In this document: piece by piece, positions 1 through 8,616 of the stretch
Layout: each line of letters opens with the position of its first letter
Position numbering within the stretch: position 1 is the stretch's first letter
From: a virus
DNA: 64,000 nt
Reading direction: 5' to 3' (one strand)
Virus record (IMG/VR): IMGVR_UViG_3300025759_000073
Coordinates: 21,076-85,075 of that record
The notes under the pieces: generated by a model
Seen by the model: only the letters and a program-made list of their open reading frames with translations
Told to the model about the DNA's origin: nothing
Database searches by the model: none
Made by a program: the position numbers and the translations under genes

Positions 1-1133
1 TCTTTACCTTGTGAAAGCAATTCAGAGTGGTTAAGAGTAACAGACTCGCCGGGAATTGGAAGGGTGCTGAATTTCCCTCGAATTTGTCCCAGCATTTCTT
101 TTGAAAGGGCCAAGGCAAACCTTCTAATCCATTGCTTTCCGATTGAGTTGATACTTTCAAATGGAATATTTGCAAATGGAAGAGTGTTCATATTGTTGAC
201 ACCATCAACACCGGAGGGTCGATCTGCGTCATCCTCCCAAGGATCTCCATCTACAGTGAACTCAAACCACATCTTTTTGTTGTTCAAGAGAGAAGGCGGA
301 ATAGGAAAGATCCTAATCTTGTTATTTCTAATCTCATAAGAATAGTTGGACGTTCTGGTTCTGATTGCATCTTCATACTCGGCTGCTTGGGCCTTGTTCT
401 GCCAAACTGGAACCAATTGGAAAGTAGAATCGTCTGCAAACTGACCATATGTACTCAAGTTGCCTGTTGCGCCCAGACCGCCATAATACCCATAAAACCT
501 CCAGATTGCTCTAGGAGAAAGATAATAAACTCTTCTGATCATAATTCTTTTGTTTTGATAATCAATTGTTGCTGGTAGGGAACCAGATCCAACAGAAGAA
601 GAAATTGCTGAGATCAGATCATAATCTTGCACGTCATCTTTCAAAGTAAACGAAGAAGAATAGAAGTTTTGAGTACCTCCAACAGTCGCTTCTGTGGCCG
701 CTGCATCTCCAAACCTCCTAGCATAACCATAAGAAAATTTTGTATACTTTAAAGCCACGTTTCCGCCGCTTAAAGACGAAGAAAGGGTTCCAGCCTTGTA
801 CTCCCCTAAATGATCAAAAGAAGCTGTTGTAGCCCCCAAAGAATCGCCCAGAGAGTTCTTTGCTTGGTGGATGTTTACAAGATAAGAGTATTCAAGTGTT
901 GCTTCTTCATAAGCAGTGTAAACTTGCTTTTCTGATAATTCAATTTCAAGAAGATCTCCACCCAACTTTCGGTAGGTATAATCCACCTGATCTGCCGCTC
1001 CTGATAAGAAGTCGGTGGAATTAAGGTAAATCCCAAAAGGAACTGCTGTGCTTGTTACATTTGCAACAGACCCAGTTTCAGGTAAGATATTTTTGCTTGT
1101 TTGACTAACAGGTGTTAATGTGGGGATAGCCAT
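1..1133 (-). CDS. gp13: Neck / head-completion protein (T4 gp13-like), truncated by the window edge; not in the ORF track
   Basis: Manual translation from ATG 1133 (GGGAG SD upstream): MAIPTLTPVSQ...YTYRKLGGDLLEIELSEKQVYTAYEEA...LAKEMLGQIRGKFSTLPIPGESVTLNHSELLSQGK. The RKLG..IEL...Q...EEA and LGQIRGKF..PIPG..VTLN motifs are typical of gp13. Directly follows the capsid gene. Confidence 0.75.
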   Translation of the reverse strand, partial: MAIPTLTPVSQTSKNILPETGSVANVTSTAVPFGIYLNSTDFLSGAADQVDYTYRKLGGDLLEIELSEKQVYTAYEEATLEYSYLVNIHQAKNSLGDSLGATTASFDHLGEYKAGTLSSSLSGGNVALKYTKFSYGYARRFGDAAATEATVGGTQNFYSSSFTLKDDVQDYDLISAISSSVGSGSLPATIDYQNKRIMIRRVYYLSPRAIWRFYGYYGGLGATGNLSTYGQFADDSTFQLVPVWQNKAQAAEYEDAIRTRTSNYSYEIRNNKIRIFPIPPSLLNNKKMWFEFTVDGDPWEDDADRPSGVDGVNNMNTLPFANIPFESINSIGKQWIRRFALALSKEMLGQIRGKFSTLPIPGESVTLNHSELLSQGK

Positions 1134-1165
1134 TCATTAGATCTCCCGATTCATAAGGTTTTCTA

Positions 1166-1174
1166 ATAAATAGT
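1166..1174 (-). promoter_or_regulatory. Putative phage late promoter ACTATTTAT
   Basis: Intergenic, 33 nt upstream of the neck gene ATG and just after a terminator. The same motif recurs at 4158, 14082, 26213 and 35086. Confidence 0.6.
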
Positions 1175-1181
1175 TGAAGAC

Positions 1182-1216
1182 AAAAGAAAACCCCCAACCA
1201 ACAAAGGAAGGGGGTT
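1182..1216 (-). terminator. Intrinsic terminator after the major capsid gene
   Basis: Minus strand reads AACCCCC-ttcctttgttggtt-GGGGGTT followed by TTCTTTT. Confidence 0.75.
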
Positions 1217-1257
1217 AACTCAAAGGAGGAGAACCATATGCTAAACTAAGTTAGCAA

Positions 1258-3024
1258 TTAAGCTCCGCTTTCGCCGTTAAGTCCACGACAAACAACCAGA
1301 CCGTACATATCGGGTCGGACCATTTTCTTGGCGTAACGAGTCATGACACCCTTTCGGGGCACGAAATCTTCGACACCAAAGATGGTCGGGGTCACTTGCA
1401 GGGGCACATAAGGTGCGTACACATAACCGCTTTCAAGGAAGCTAGAGCCTTTACGACCAACAAGAATCACGTTCTTGAGGAAGTAGGGATCAACGTAAAC
1501 GTCAAACTTCTTGGAAAGGCTACCGGTCTTGACAGCACCGATGTCGCCTTTGGCAACATCAGCAGTGACGGAAGCACGGAAACCAGAGGTAAACTCAAGA
1601 ATGTTTGCAATCTGCGGCGAACAAACAATGAAGTTTGCACCACCACGGAGAGTTTTGGTGTGGATCTCTGCGGACACATCGTTGATGGTCTCGACCAGAG
1701 TTTCATACCACTCGGAAACAGTACCGGTGAAGTCTGGAGCAGCGGTATTTGCGCCAACTTCTGCACCGGTGGTTCGGTCCACGAAAAGACCGGGCGAACG
1801 CGACCAGTAGCGGGTAGCAGCAGTAGCACCGTTCACGAGGTCGTTCAGAAGCTCGCGGTCGATTTCAAGAGCAATCTGCTCGGAAAGGATCGAGGTAAGT
1901 TCAACTTCTGCATCCAAGTTGTGGTATGCGTTGAGGTCTTGGCCAAGTTCCGGAGACCATTTTGCTTTGAGCTTTTTGGTCTGTGCCGTAACAGCAATCG
2001 AGTCCACTTTGATGTCGATCTCGGGGATTTCATCTTTGTTGACACTAGAGCCAACATTACCAGTTGACGGAGTAGGCTCTTCCAGACCCCAAGGATCAGC
2101 ACCAACAACAGAACCAATAGAACCACCTGCGTTGAAGTTATCGCGAATTGGCTGATCAATTTCAAGAACACCACTGCTGGTCTTCTTGGTAGCAGCGGCA
2201 GAGTTAGTAGTGACAAAGAAAAGTCTAAGATCGGTGCCGCTTTTGGCGGTCAAGCGACGAATAAGTTTAGTGTTTGCGTTGGTAAACGCATCCGTTGAAG
2301 AGGTCACAACTTGGTTCACGCTGGCACCGGTGGTTGAAAGAGCAGACAGATTGTCATAATCCAAATCAGCGTTAAGCTCTGCTTGGGGGATATCCAACCG
2401 AAGGACATAATGTGTGCTATCAAGGTCAAAAAGATCCGGGTCATAATCCACAAGTTTCTTGTTTGCATCAGTAGCGCTAGAAGTGATTTGCCACTGAGTG
2501 ACAACGGTCAAACTACCAGTTCCAAGTTCGGCAACAATTCGAGGGCTAGAATAAGCACCACCCATCAGGTAAGGTCCGCCATTAGACTCTCCACGAGAGC
2601 CAACAATGTTCACACCGGACTGGATGCCTTTTGCCACTTTGTCAGTACCATAAATAGAGCGAGCAGCGGTATTACCAAATCGGCTAGCTTCATAGGTAAA
2701 GTCCAAGAAGAAGATCAGACCAGAGGGAAGGCTCATGGGCTGAACCGAAACGATATCGTTAGCAACGAGACCGCCAAAGACACGACGAACAATCGGGAAA
2801 GCAACAGCAGAGAAGCCTTCCACATCACCAGCAGCCATCGAGGATGCTTCTTTCAAGAGTTGTTTTGCTTGGTTTTCAAGCAGACGAGACATTGACTGAC
2901 GCTGATAGTCAGAAGTGAGACCTTCGAGAAGACCAGTTCTTTCCCATTTGGAAAGAAGTGCTTTGCCTTCTTGTGCAAGGTCGCGCTCAACAATGCCTTC
3001 TGTCAAAGTTTTCAATACAGACAT
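1258..3024 (-). CDS. gp23: Major capsid protein (T4 gp23 family)
   Basis: Motifs KW..TGLLEGL, LLENQAK, VSVQPMSLPSGLIFFLDF, KKLKAKWSPELGQDLNAYHNLDAEVELTSILSEQIALEIDRE, GYVYAPYVPL, PRKGVMTRYA. Strong AAGGAG SD. Likely LLKE/A maturation site. Confidence 0.97.
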   Translation of the reverse strand: MSVLKTLTEGIVERDLAQEGKALLSKWERTGLLEGLTSDYQRQSMSRLLENQAKQLLKEASSMAAGDVEGFSAVAFPIVRRVFGGLVANDIVSVQPMSLPSGLIFFLDFTYEASRFGNTAARSIYGTDKVAKGIQSGVNIVGSRGESNGGPYLMGGAYSSPRIVAELGTGSLTVVTQWQITSSATDANKKLVDYDPDLFDLDSTHYVLRLDIPQAELNADLDYDNLSALSTTGASVNQVVTSSTDAFTNANTKLIRRLTAKSGTDLRLFFVTTNSAAATKKTSSGVLEIDQPIRDNFNAGGSIGSVVGADPWGLEEPTPSTGNVGSSVNKDEIPEIDIKVDSIAVTAQTKKLKAKWSPELGQDLNAYHNLDAEVELTSILSEQIALEIDRELLNDLVNGATAATRYWSRSPGLFVDRTTGAEVGANTAAPDFTGTVSEWYETLVETINDVSAEIHTKTLRGGANFIVCSPQIANILEFTSGFRASVTADVAKGDIGAVKTGSLSKKFDVYVDPYFLKNVILVGRKGSSFLESGYVYAPYVPLQVTPTIFGVEDFVPRKGVMTRYAKKMVRPDMYGLVVCRGLNGESGA

Positions 3025-3047
3025 TTGTTTTCTCCTTAATTATAATT

Positions 3048-4124
3048 TTAATTTTTAATTCCTGCCAATCTCTTCCAACGACTAGAGATGGCTTCTTCAA
3101 TGGTCTCCTGAGTTTCTTTTCTCTTAGGAGCCACTGTCAACAGACTTCGTTTCTCGACTGCTTCACTCAGTGATTTTGGAGCAGACTTGCCGCTTCCCAC
3201 TGCGTTTTGTGATAATGTCTCAAAAATTATCTTAGCCTGTTCTTCATTCTTGGCGCTTGACAAACTTTCGGCAATCTTTTGTTTTTGCCGCTCATTAAGG
3301 GAGTCGTTCATCAGGGCCTTGTTGGTATACATCAATTTTGTGTTATCTAATTTAACTTTTGCAAAACTTTCTTTCAGTTTCTTAAAGTAATTCTCATATT
3401 TTTTGTTTTTGGCTTCAAGATCTTCAATGATCTCGACTGCTTCTTGCATAATGCCTTGTTGGTGTTCAATCTTATCTTCATATTTTTCTTTGATTGCTTC
3501 AAGATCCATTGCCAATTCCATTTCAGAATCGGTGAAAGCACCAACATGACCTGTGGGTTGAGTTTTATAATCCAAGTGGAACGCTTCTTCTAGGAAAAGA
3601 TCATCATCCAATTCAATTTCTTCTTCGAGTCTTTCTTTACACTTTTCACACTTACAGTCTGAAGGGCATTTGCCTTCTTCAAGTTTTTCTTCTTCGTCTT
3701 CTTCCATATAGACTGCATCTTCGTCTTCTTCCATATAGACTGCATCTTCGTCTTCTTTGTGAGGTCCGCCACAACTGGCTTCTTCCAGAACTTCTGGCTC
3801 TGCAATCAGAAAAGATTTTCTTTCTTCGAGCACACCTTCAAATCTTTTGTTGATTTCTTCTTCCAGTTGTTGAAGGTCAATGGAAACCATTTGAGGCTCA
3901 ATATCAGAAGTCCTATGGGCAAAAGGAATTTCCTCTTCCAATGCCGGTTCCAAGTCGCCATTACCAACTTCTTCGCCAGCAGGCTCTTCTTGTTCCAGAA
4001 GTTGATCCAAAGTAGAACGAACTTCGTCGGAATACTTTTCAATGATTGCTCTTTCAGCGTTTTGAATTGCAACTTCTTTTAATGCTTTTGCATCTACGAT
4101 TGCTTGCTCTAACAAAGAAGACAT
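3048..4124 (-). CDS. gp22: Prohead core/scaffold protein (gp22-like)
   Basis: Very acidic coiled-coil protein immediately upstream of the capsid gene, with many L-x-E sites. N-term LLEQAIVDAKALKE, C-term RWKRLAGI. Confidence 0.75.
   Translation of the reverse strand: MSSLLEQAIVDAKALKEVAIQNAERAIIEKYSDEVRSTLDQLLEQEEPAGEEVGNGDLEPALEEEIPFAHRTSDIEPQMVSIDLQQLEEEINKRFEGVLEERKSFLIAEPEVLEEASCGGPHKEDEDAVYMEEDEDAVYMEEDEEEKLEEGKCPSDCKCEKCKERLEEEIELDDDLFLEEAFHLDYKTQPTGHVGAFTDSEMELAMDLEAIKEKYEDKIEHQQGIMQEAVEIIEDLEAKNKKYENYFKKLKESFAKVKLDNTKLMYTNKALMNDSLNERQKQKIAESLSSAKNEEQAKIIFETLSQNAVGSGKSAPKSLSEAVEKRSLLTVAPKRKETQETIEEAISSRWKRLAGIKN
3691..3757. repeat. 27-bp tandem repeat, about 2.5 copies, inside the scaffold gene
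   Basis: tcttcgtcttcttccatatagactgca at 3691-3717 and 3718-3744 plus a partial third copy; encodes EDEDAVYME twice. Confidence 0.95.
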
Positions 4125-4157
4125 GTTTTATACTCCTAGTAAACTTAAATTTTATAA

Positions 4158-4166
4158 ATAAATAGT
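4158..4166 (-). promoter_or_regulatory. Putative late promoter ACTATTTAT for scaffold and capsid genes
   Basis: Intergenic, 34 nt upstream of ATG 4124. Confidence 0.6.
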
Positions 4167-4195
4167 TGTTATTTCTAATAAACACTTTATTTTGA

Positions 4196-4417
4196 TCAAG
4201 AAGAGCCTGTCGGGGCAGTCCATGCTGCCGTTGACATTATTGTTTGTGCTTCTTCTTGTGTTAAAACTGATGCTGAAAGGTTTACAACCCACTGAGGGTC
4301 TAAGCCTTCCCACTCTACAACAGCTAATGTTTCATCCAAAGACTTTCTTACACTGCCCAAATAAGAGAAGTCATAAGATGATAGGTCTGAAGATGAAATA
4401 ATTGCATACTTTGACAT
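4196..4417 (-). CDS. Small hypothetical phage protein (possible fibre-associated chaperone)
   Basis: 73-aa ORF coupled to the LamG gene. The RKSLDET..VVEWEG..P...LT.EEA..IM...WT pattern resembles small proteins seen beside phage fibre genes. Confidence 0.55.
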   Translation of the reverse strand: MSKYAIISSSDLSSYDFSYLGSVRKSLDETLAVVEWEGLDPQWVVNLSASVLTQEEAQTIMSTAAWTAPTGSS

Positions 4418-4419
4418 TT

Positions 4420-5226
4420 TTATTCCTCTAACGCGGTGTTGTTATCAATAACTTCACCTGAGTTATAGAGAGTTGTTACCTGATCTGCTGTTAAAACTTG
4501 ACCCCAAAGTGCAAGCTCATCAACAAAGAAATCTTGGTTTGCTGTTGAAGTGTTATTTCTGGCTATTTCGAACTTAGCACTAGTTGGTATCAAAGGATCG
4601 CCAGATGCAGGGTTTCCGGAACGAAGTAGGGTGCCATTTCCATATTGCTTATGTGTGTCTGTTGTTGGATCATAAGTCCAAACAACGTGAAACCAAGATG
4701 TTGCAGCGCTCCATCCAGCGCCGTATGAAAAATCAATACCACCAAAACCAACACTAACACCACTAAACCCAGCGGTACCCCTGTGCATACCGGACACACC
4801 CCAGCCATACGTTGGGCTGCTGTGACCGTATAAACTACCATCTGCAACGTTTCTGTAGTTAGCATTTCCGTTGCCACTGTCGTATATATTCCAAAATGGC
4901 ACACTCGTATTGCCAAACTGAGTTGGAGAAAGGTTGATCCAAGCTGAGACCGAGTATCCCCCATCTATAGCAGAGCCAATTGTAGCATTGTCAGAGGTAG
5001 AGCCGTAATCATTAACGCCGTCGATAACAAGAGAGTAGGAGCCGCCACCTGTGGGGACAGAACCGGTAAAGGCCGGGGAGCCGTTTAGAGTAAAGTCAAA
5101 AGAATTACCAGCATCAGAAGTATCTGAGCCGTCCTGACTTTCAAACTTATAGTAAACAACTGGGAGAATATAACTTGCTCCGCCACCACTAGCTCTACCA
5201 TATATTCCCATTGGCATAGTAAACAT
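4420..5226 (-). CDS. LamG/concanavalin A-like lectin domain protein (fibre tip/adhesin candidate)
   Basis: Motifs YYKFE, IDGVNDY, YSVSAWIN, WFHVVWTYD...YGNG and VDELALWGQVLTADQVTTLYNSG. Confidence 0.85.
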   Translation of the reverse strand: MFTMPMGIYGRASGGGASYILPVVYYKFESQDGSDTSDAGNSFDFTLNGSPAFTGSVPTGGGSYSLVIDGVNDYGSTSDNATIGSAIDGGYSVSAWINLSPTQFGNTSVPFWNIYDSGNGNANYRNVADGSLYGHSSPTYGWGVSGMHRGTAGFSGVSVGFGGIDFSYGAGWSAATSWFHVVWTYDPTTDTHKQYGNGTLLRSGNPASGDPLIPTSAKFEIARNNTSTANQDFFVDELALWGQVLTADQVTTLYNSGEVIDNNTALEE

Positions 5227-5237
5227 GATATCTTACC

Positions 5238-6071
5238 TTATGCGCTTGAAGAGAAGTTGTTAACAGCGGAGCAAAGAAGTGAGCCGCCATCAACATCTCC
5301 TGTATAAATGCAAGAAACAACGTCAACAGCATTTGCGGCTTCTGTCAAGGTAGGGAGCGTACCTCCCGGAAACAAATACTTTGAACCAAATGTTAACGCC
5401 CTAGAGCCTGTTTCGTCTTGTTTGAAAATAAAGTTGTATACTCCACCGTCTTGGCCGTTGGTTGGGTTTGACATTGTTACATTAGTGGCATTAACAAAGA
5501 AAATTTGACTTGTTCCGTTGTTTAAGTTAACAGAAACTGAGCCGGAGTTTTCAATTGTTGTTCCATACATCACTGCATATGCCTGACCTGACTCGACAGA
5601 AAGATTGCCCTGCACGGAAGTTGTTCCCAAGTTTGTTGCACCTAAAGTGGTAGCGCCATCGACACCCAAAGATCCAGTGATTTGAGTCCCAGAGGACGCA
5701 CTTAGCTGAACCGAGCCTAACTCTGAATGTAGAGCGATAGACGCGGAGCCTGAAAGTCCGACAGACTCTGCTGCCAATTCAGCAATCGTAGATCCGTTAA
5801 GATAGGCTGCGGCGGCGGCGTTGATCTGAAGCTGGTTGGCATCTGCTTGGATGTTGTTTCCACCTTCAACGCCGGAATAAAGATAAAGAGTTGCCGGAGT
5901 TTCAAATTCCCCAACAGCACCAGTCAAAGAAAGGTGTTTGTTTTCCACAGCAACAGAAGATTCTGATACTTTAAAATTTTGACTTCCTGATAAGGTGGTG
6001 CCGGTTGAAACATGTTGCACCGCTCCTGCGCCACCAACACCATCTACCTCTGCACCCTGTTTATAAGCCAT
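5238..6071 (-). CDS. Virion fibre-like protein
   Basis: G/S/T/A-rich beta-repeat body. C-terminal NPTNGQDGGVYNFIFKQDETGSRALTFGSKYLFPGGTLPTLT..ANAVDVVS domain is typical of phage fibre proteins. Confidence 0.65.
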   Translation of the reverse strand: MAYKQGAEVDGVGGAGAVQHVSTGTTLSGSQNFKVSESSVAVENKHLSLTGAVGEFETPATLYLYSGVEGGNNIQADANQLQINAAAAAYLNGSTIAELAAESVGLSGSASIALHSELGSVQLSASSGTQITGSLGVDGATTLGATNLGTTSVQGNLSVESGQAYAVMYGTTIENSGSVSVNLNNGTSQIFFVNATNVTMSNPTNGQDGGVYNFIFKQDETGSRALTFGSKYLFPGGTLPTLTEAANAVDVVSCIYTGDVDGGSLLCSAVNNFSSSA

Positions 6072-6087
6072 TTTCTATATCCTTTTA

Positions 6088-6582
6088 TTAATAAACAAAC
6101 CAGTTGGAGCCGTTTGTAACAAAGTTGATAGCAGCATAGTTTTTAGTAATCGTGAAGGTTGCTCCGCCATCAATTGTTTCAGAGCCATATGCATCTACAA
6201 CAATGTTATAATCTGCTGCACTTCCTTCGGTGTCTTTAACAATAAGCGCAAATCCGTTCCTAACAGTCGCAGCAGCGGGAAGATTGATTGTAACAGAAGC
6301 CTCAGCAGTGGTTGTTTTAACACCAATCACACGGTCATTTGCAGTGACCGTTGTACTTTCTGTAATTTCTCTAAAATTAAAATTCATATTTTCAACCTCA
6401 AATAAAAAATCTTTTGGGCTTTCTCTCTCTGAAACAATATAAGCATTGTTTCTTTGATGCAACCCTGCTGCTGTTAGCGGCCCAATTGAAAAAGGAACCT
6501 GATCAATCGTCTTATCTCTTTGACTAGAAAGCTCTGCCAAAGTTTGAATAACAAAAGAAGAATCAGTATACCTTCTAGCCAT
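6088..6582 (-). CDS. Virion fibre/decoration-type protein
   Basis: C-terminal module VTINLPAAA...G..LIVKD.EGSA...NI....GSETIDG......NY.AI..V.NGSNW is a common phage fibre repeat. Confidence 0.6.
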   Translation of the reverse strand: MARRYTDSSFVIQTLAELSSQRDKTIDQVPFSIGPLTAAGLHQRNNAYIVSERESPKDFLFEVENMNFNFREITESTTVTANDRVIGVKTTTAEASVTINLPAAATVRNGFALIVKDTEGSAADYNIVVDAYGSETIDGGATFTITKNYAAINFVTNGSNWFVY

Positions 6583-6971
6583 TACTCGTCAATTCCTGAG
6601 CCTGTTAGGGCAAACATTCTAGCGTCATCAATCCTTGTCAATTCTGCAAAAACTTCGTAGGAACCAGCAGCCAAGTTTGGCTCTGTAATGTACATTTTGT
6701 CACATTTAACTTCGAAGCGATATCCTTGCGGCAAAGAACCAGTGTTCTTGACCGTGACATAATGATCTGCTTTTGCGTTAGTGTTGTTTAAAAAATGAAC
6801 ACGAAGATCATTAGCACCTTTGTTAATCACAGTAAATGCCTTTGTGACAAAGGGAAAAGAAATCTCAACAGTTGTATTTTGAGTTAATGCAGAGCCAGTA
6901 ACCCACGGGTGTCCACTCACTTGATAAGACGCGGTGTTTCCAATTCCAGCATCGTAATATTTCCAAGTCAT
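6582..6971 (-). CDS. Putative virion (head decoration) protein; paralog of 17948-18358
   Basis: Shares MTW..YD.G.G...SYQVS..P..T.S, ISF..VT....IN and LRV with the ORF at 17948-18358. Confidence 0.55.
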   Translation of the reverse strand: MTWKYYDAGIGNTASYQVSGHPWVTGSALTQNTTVEISFPFVTKAFTVINKGANDLRVHFLNNTNAKADHYVTVKNTGSLPQGYRFEVKCDKMYITEPNLAAGSYEVFAELTRIDDARMFALTGSGIDE

Positions 6972-7216
6972 TTTGATTTATTCCTTTTTCTTGCCTTGAA
7001 CTTTTCGAACTGCTTTGCAGCCTTTCGAGCATCTCTTTCTCTTTGTCTTTGCGCTCTTTCGCGCTTTCTTCTCTTTCTTACAGAAGGTTTAAGATATTCT
7101 TTTCTTTCCCTTGCTTCTTCAACGATCCTTTCTTTTTTGCACTTTTTGATGAATCGCCTAACAAGGTTTTCTTCTGTTTCATTTTTTCTTTTAAAGATTT
7201 TTACATTTGTAGCCAT
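6968..7216 (-). CDS. rpsU: Phage-encoded 30S ribosomal protein bS21
   Basis: VKI..RKNE.EENLVRRFIKKCKKERIVEEARERKEYLKPSVRKRRK matches the bS21 pattern (E..E..LRRF.K......E.R.R..Y.KPS..RR.K). 82 aa, highly basic. Confidence 0.88.
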   Translation of the reverse strand: MATNVKIFKRKNETEENLVRRFIKKCKKERIVEEARERKEYLKPSVRKRRKRERAQRQRERDARKAAKQFEKFKARKRNKSK

Positions 7217-7225
7217 TTTATTCCC

Positions 7226-7621
7226 TTAAATTAGTTTAGACCAGTTTCCCATTCCCGGGAGTGCTGTAATATCAATACCAGCATCATTTGGATCTTGATT
7301 TGCCAAAGGGGAACGGCTGCTTTCCTGAGCAGTCATTGGCTTTGTGTTTTCAAAAACATTCACACCATTGAACCTTTGGCTCCCAATCGAATCCAAAAGC
7401 TTTTTTCTTGCTTCTTGATTTTTTCTATTTTGTTCTTCCACTCTAATCTTTTGAGATTGATTGGTTTTCTTTTCTTCGACAATAACTTGTGCCTTAGCCA
7501 AGCCAATTGCTGTCTCTTGAATAATAGAAGCTAAAAGGCCGTCTTTTGTCAAAGATTCTTCAATAACTTCTTTAACAATGGGTCTGATAATGTTTTTTAG
7601 CTTTTCGAGATTGATCTTCAT
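7226..7621 (-). CDS. Hypothetical head-module protein with MK..LK.II...VKE.IEE leader
   Basis: 131-aa ORF between the protease and bS21 genes, with an amphipathic N-terminal helix. Confidence 0.6.
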   Translation of the reverse strand: MKINLEKLKNIIRPIVKEVIEESLTKDGLLASIIQETAIGLAKAQVIVEEKKTNQSQKIRVEEQNRKNQEARKKLLDSIGSQRFNGVNVFENTKPMTAQESSRSPLANQDPNDAGIDITALPGMGNWSKLI

Positions 7622-7622
7622 A

Positions 7623-8222
7623 TTATCCCTTTAAAATATCGTCTAAAAGTGAATTGATTTTTACATTTTTGTTTTCGTGAAGCCTTTGTTTTTCTTCTTG
7701 GAAAAGAAAAGCACCAGAAGTAGAAGGTTCTTGTACAATGTCAAAGCAAATAAGTTGGAAGTCATCTTCTACTAATGTTCTGCCGGCAGACTCAACAACA
7801 GAGCCTAATCCACGCGATGAGATCCCAATCTTAACTCCACCTTCAACCAAAGCGCGAAGAGTTTGACCAGAAGGTGTATTCAGCACTTGCAATTTTCCAT
7901 AAACGTTATTACCATCCCACCAGCAATCAGTAACTTTGTGGGAAACATTGCGAAGGTTAACAACAGAAGAGTCTGGGTGATCTAATTCACCAACTGCTCT
8001 TCCTTCTTCGATCAGTCTGCGGTAAGTGTCCATTTCTCTTTGCAGGATAGGTCGGGGATAAACTCTGCCATTACCATTCAAATGCTCTGCTCTTTGGATC
8101 ACACCAGAAAGAAAAAGAGCACCGTTTTCCCTAACCATTCTTTTTTCCGATTCCGTTAATATATCTTCGCAAACCCCATTGGGGCATAATTCATAAAACT
8201 CTGTTAATAACTTCTTTGACAT
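7623..8222 (-). CDS. gp21: Prohead maturation protease (T4 gp21 family)
   Basis: Motifs NGNGRVYP, GELDHP, NVSHKV, GISSRGLGS and DFQLICFDIVQEPST.GA. Confidence 0.95.
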   Translation of the reverse strand: MSKKLLTEFYELCPNGVCEDILTESEKRMVRENGALFLSGVIQRAEHLNGNGRVYPRPILQREMDTYRRLIEEGRAVGELDHPDSSVVNLRNVSHKVTDCWWDGNNVYGKLQVLNTPSGQTLRALVEGGVKIGISSRGLGSVVESAGRTLVEDDFQLICFDIVQEPSTSGAFLFQEEKQRLHENKNVKINSLLDDILKG

Positions 8223-8248
8223 TATACAAGTCCCTTTTACTTTTTGAA

Positions 8249-8267
8249 CGCCGCCGCTAGCGGCACG
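8249..8267 (-). promoter_or_regulatory. GC-rich hairpin/palindrome upstream of the protease gene
   Basis: Perfect palindrome GCCGCTAGCGGC at 8253-8264 in AT-rich surroundings, extendable to CGTGCCG-CTAG-CGGCG(G)CG. Confidence 0.45.
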
Positions 8268-8269
8268 AG

Positions 8270-8326
8270 CTACTTACCTTTACAACAGCGTCGAACTGGT
8301 TGCAATTTCCATTTTTCGTTCCACAT
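8270..8326 (-). CDS. 18-aa micro-ORF MWNEKWKLQPVRRCCKGK (not in ORF track)
   Basis: ATG at 8326 is preceded by AAGGAG and sits 2 nt after the stop of 8329-8616; the ORF fills the intergenic gap. Confidence 0.55.
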   Translation of the reverse strand: MWNEKWKLQPVRRCCKGK

Positions 8327-8328
8327 AG

Positions 8329-8616
8329 TTAGCTCCTTTCCACTCTTATTCCAGAGTCTCCAAAAAGATTACACAAAACATATGCTGTGCCTGAATTTAA
8401 ACAACCCAAACAAAAGCAATTTGCTATTGTGACATCAAAATTAAATAGTGATACAAAGGGATTTATTGTACACAAAAAAACCCCAACCCAAAAACCGACG
8501 CACATCGGACAATGAAAAAAATGATGCTTTGGACGAATGTTATCAAAAATAAAACCATAAACCAAAATCTGTGTCATTCCAAAACCAACTAGCAAAAAAT
8601 AAAATAAATCCATCAA
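8329..8616 (-). CDS. Small membrane protein with CxxC (DUF1360-like)
   Basis: Three hydrophobic segments and an FHCPMCVGFWVG motif. Confidence 0.6.
   Translation of the reverse strand: MMDLFYFLLVGFGMTQILVYGFIFDNIRPKHHFFHCPMCVGFWVGVFLCTINPFVSLFNFDVTIANCFCLGCLNSGTAYVLCNLFGDSGIRVERS

Noticed and set aside
1467-2504. Alternate-frame minus-strand ORFs within the capsid gene
   Set aside because: Explained by strong codon bias in a highly expressed gene; S/L/P/R-rich composition and no motifs.
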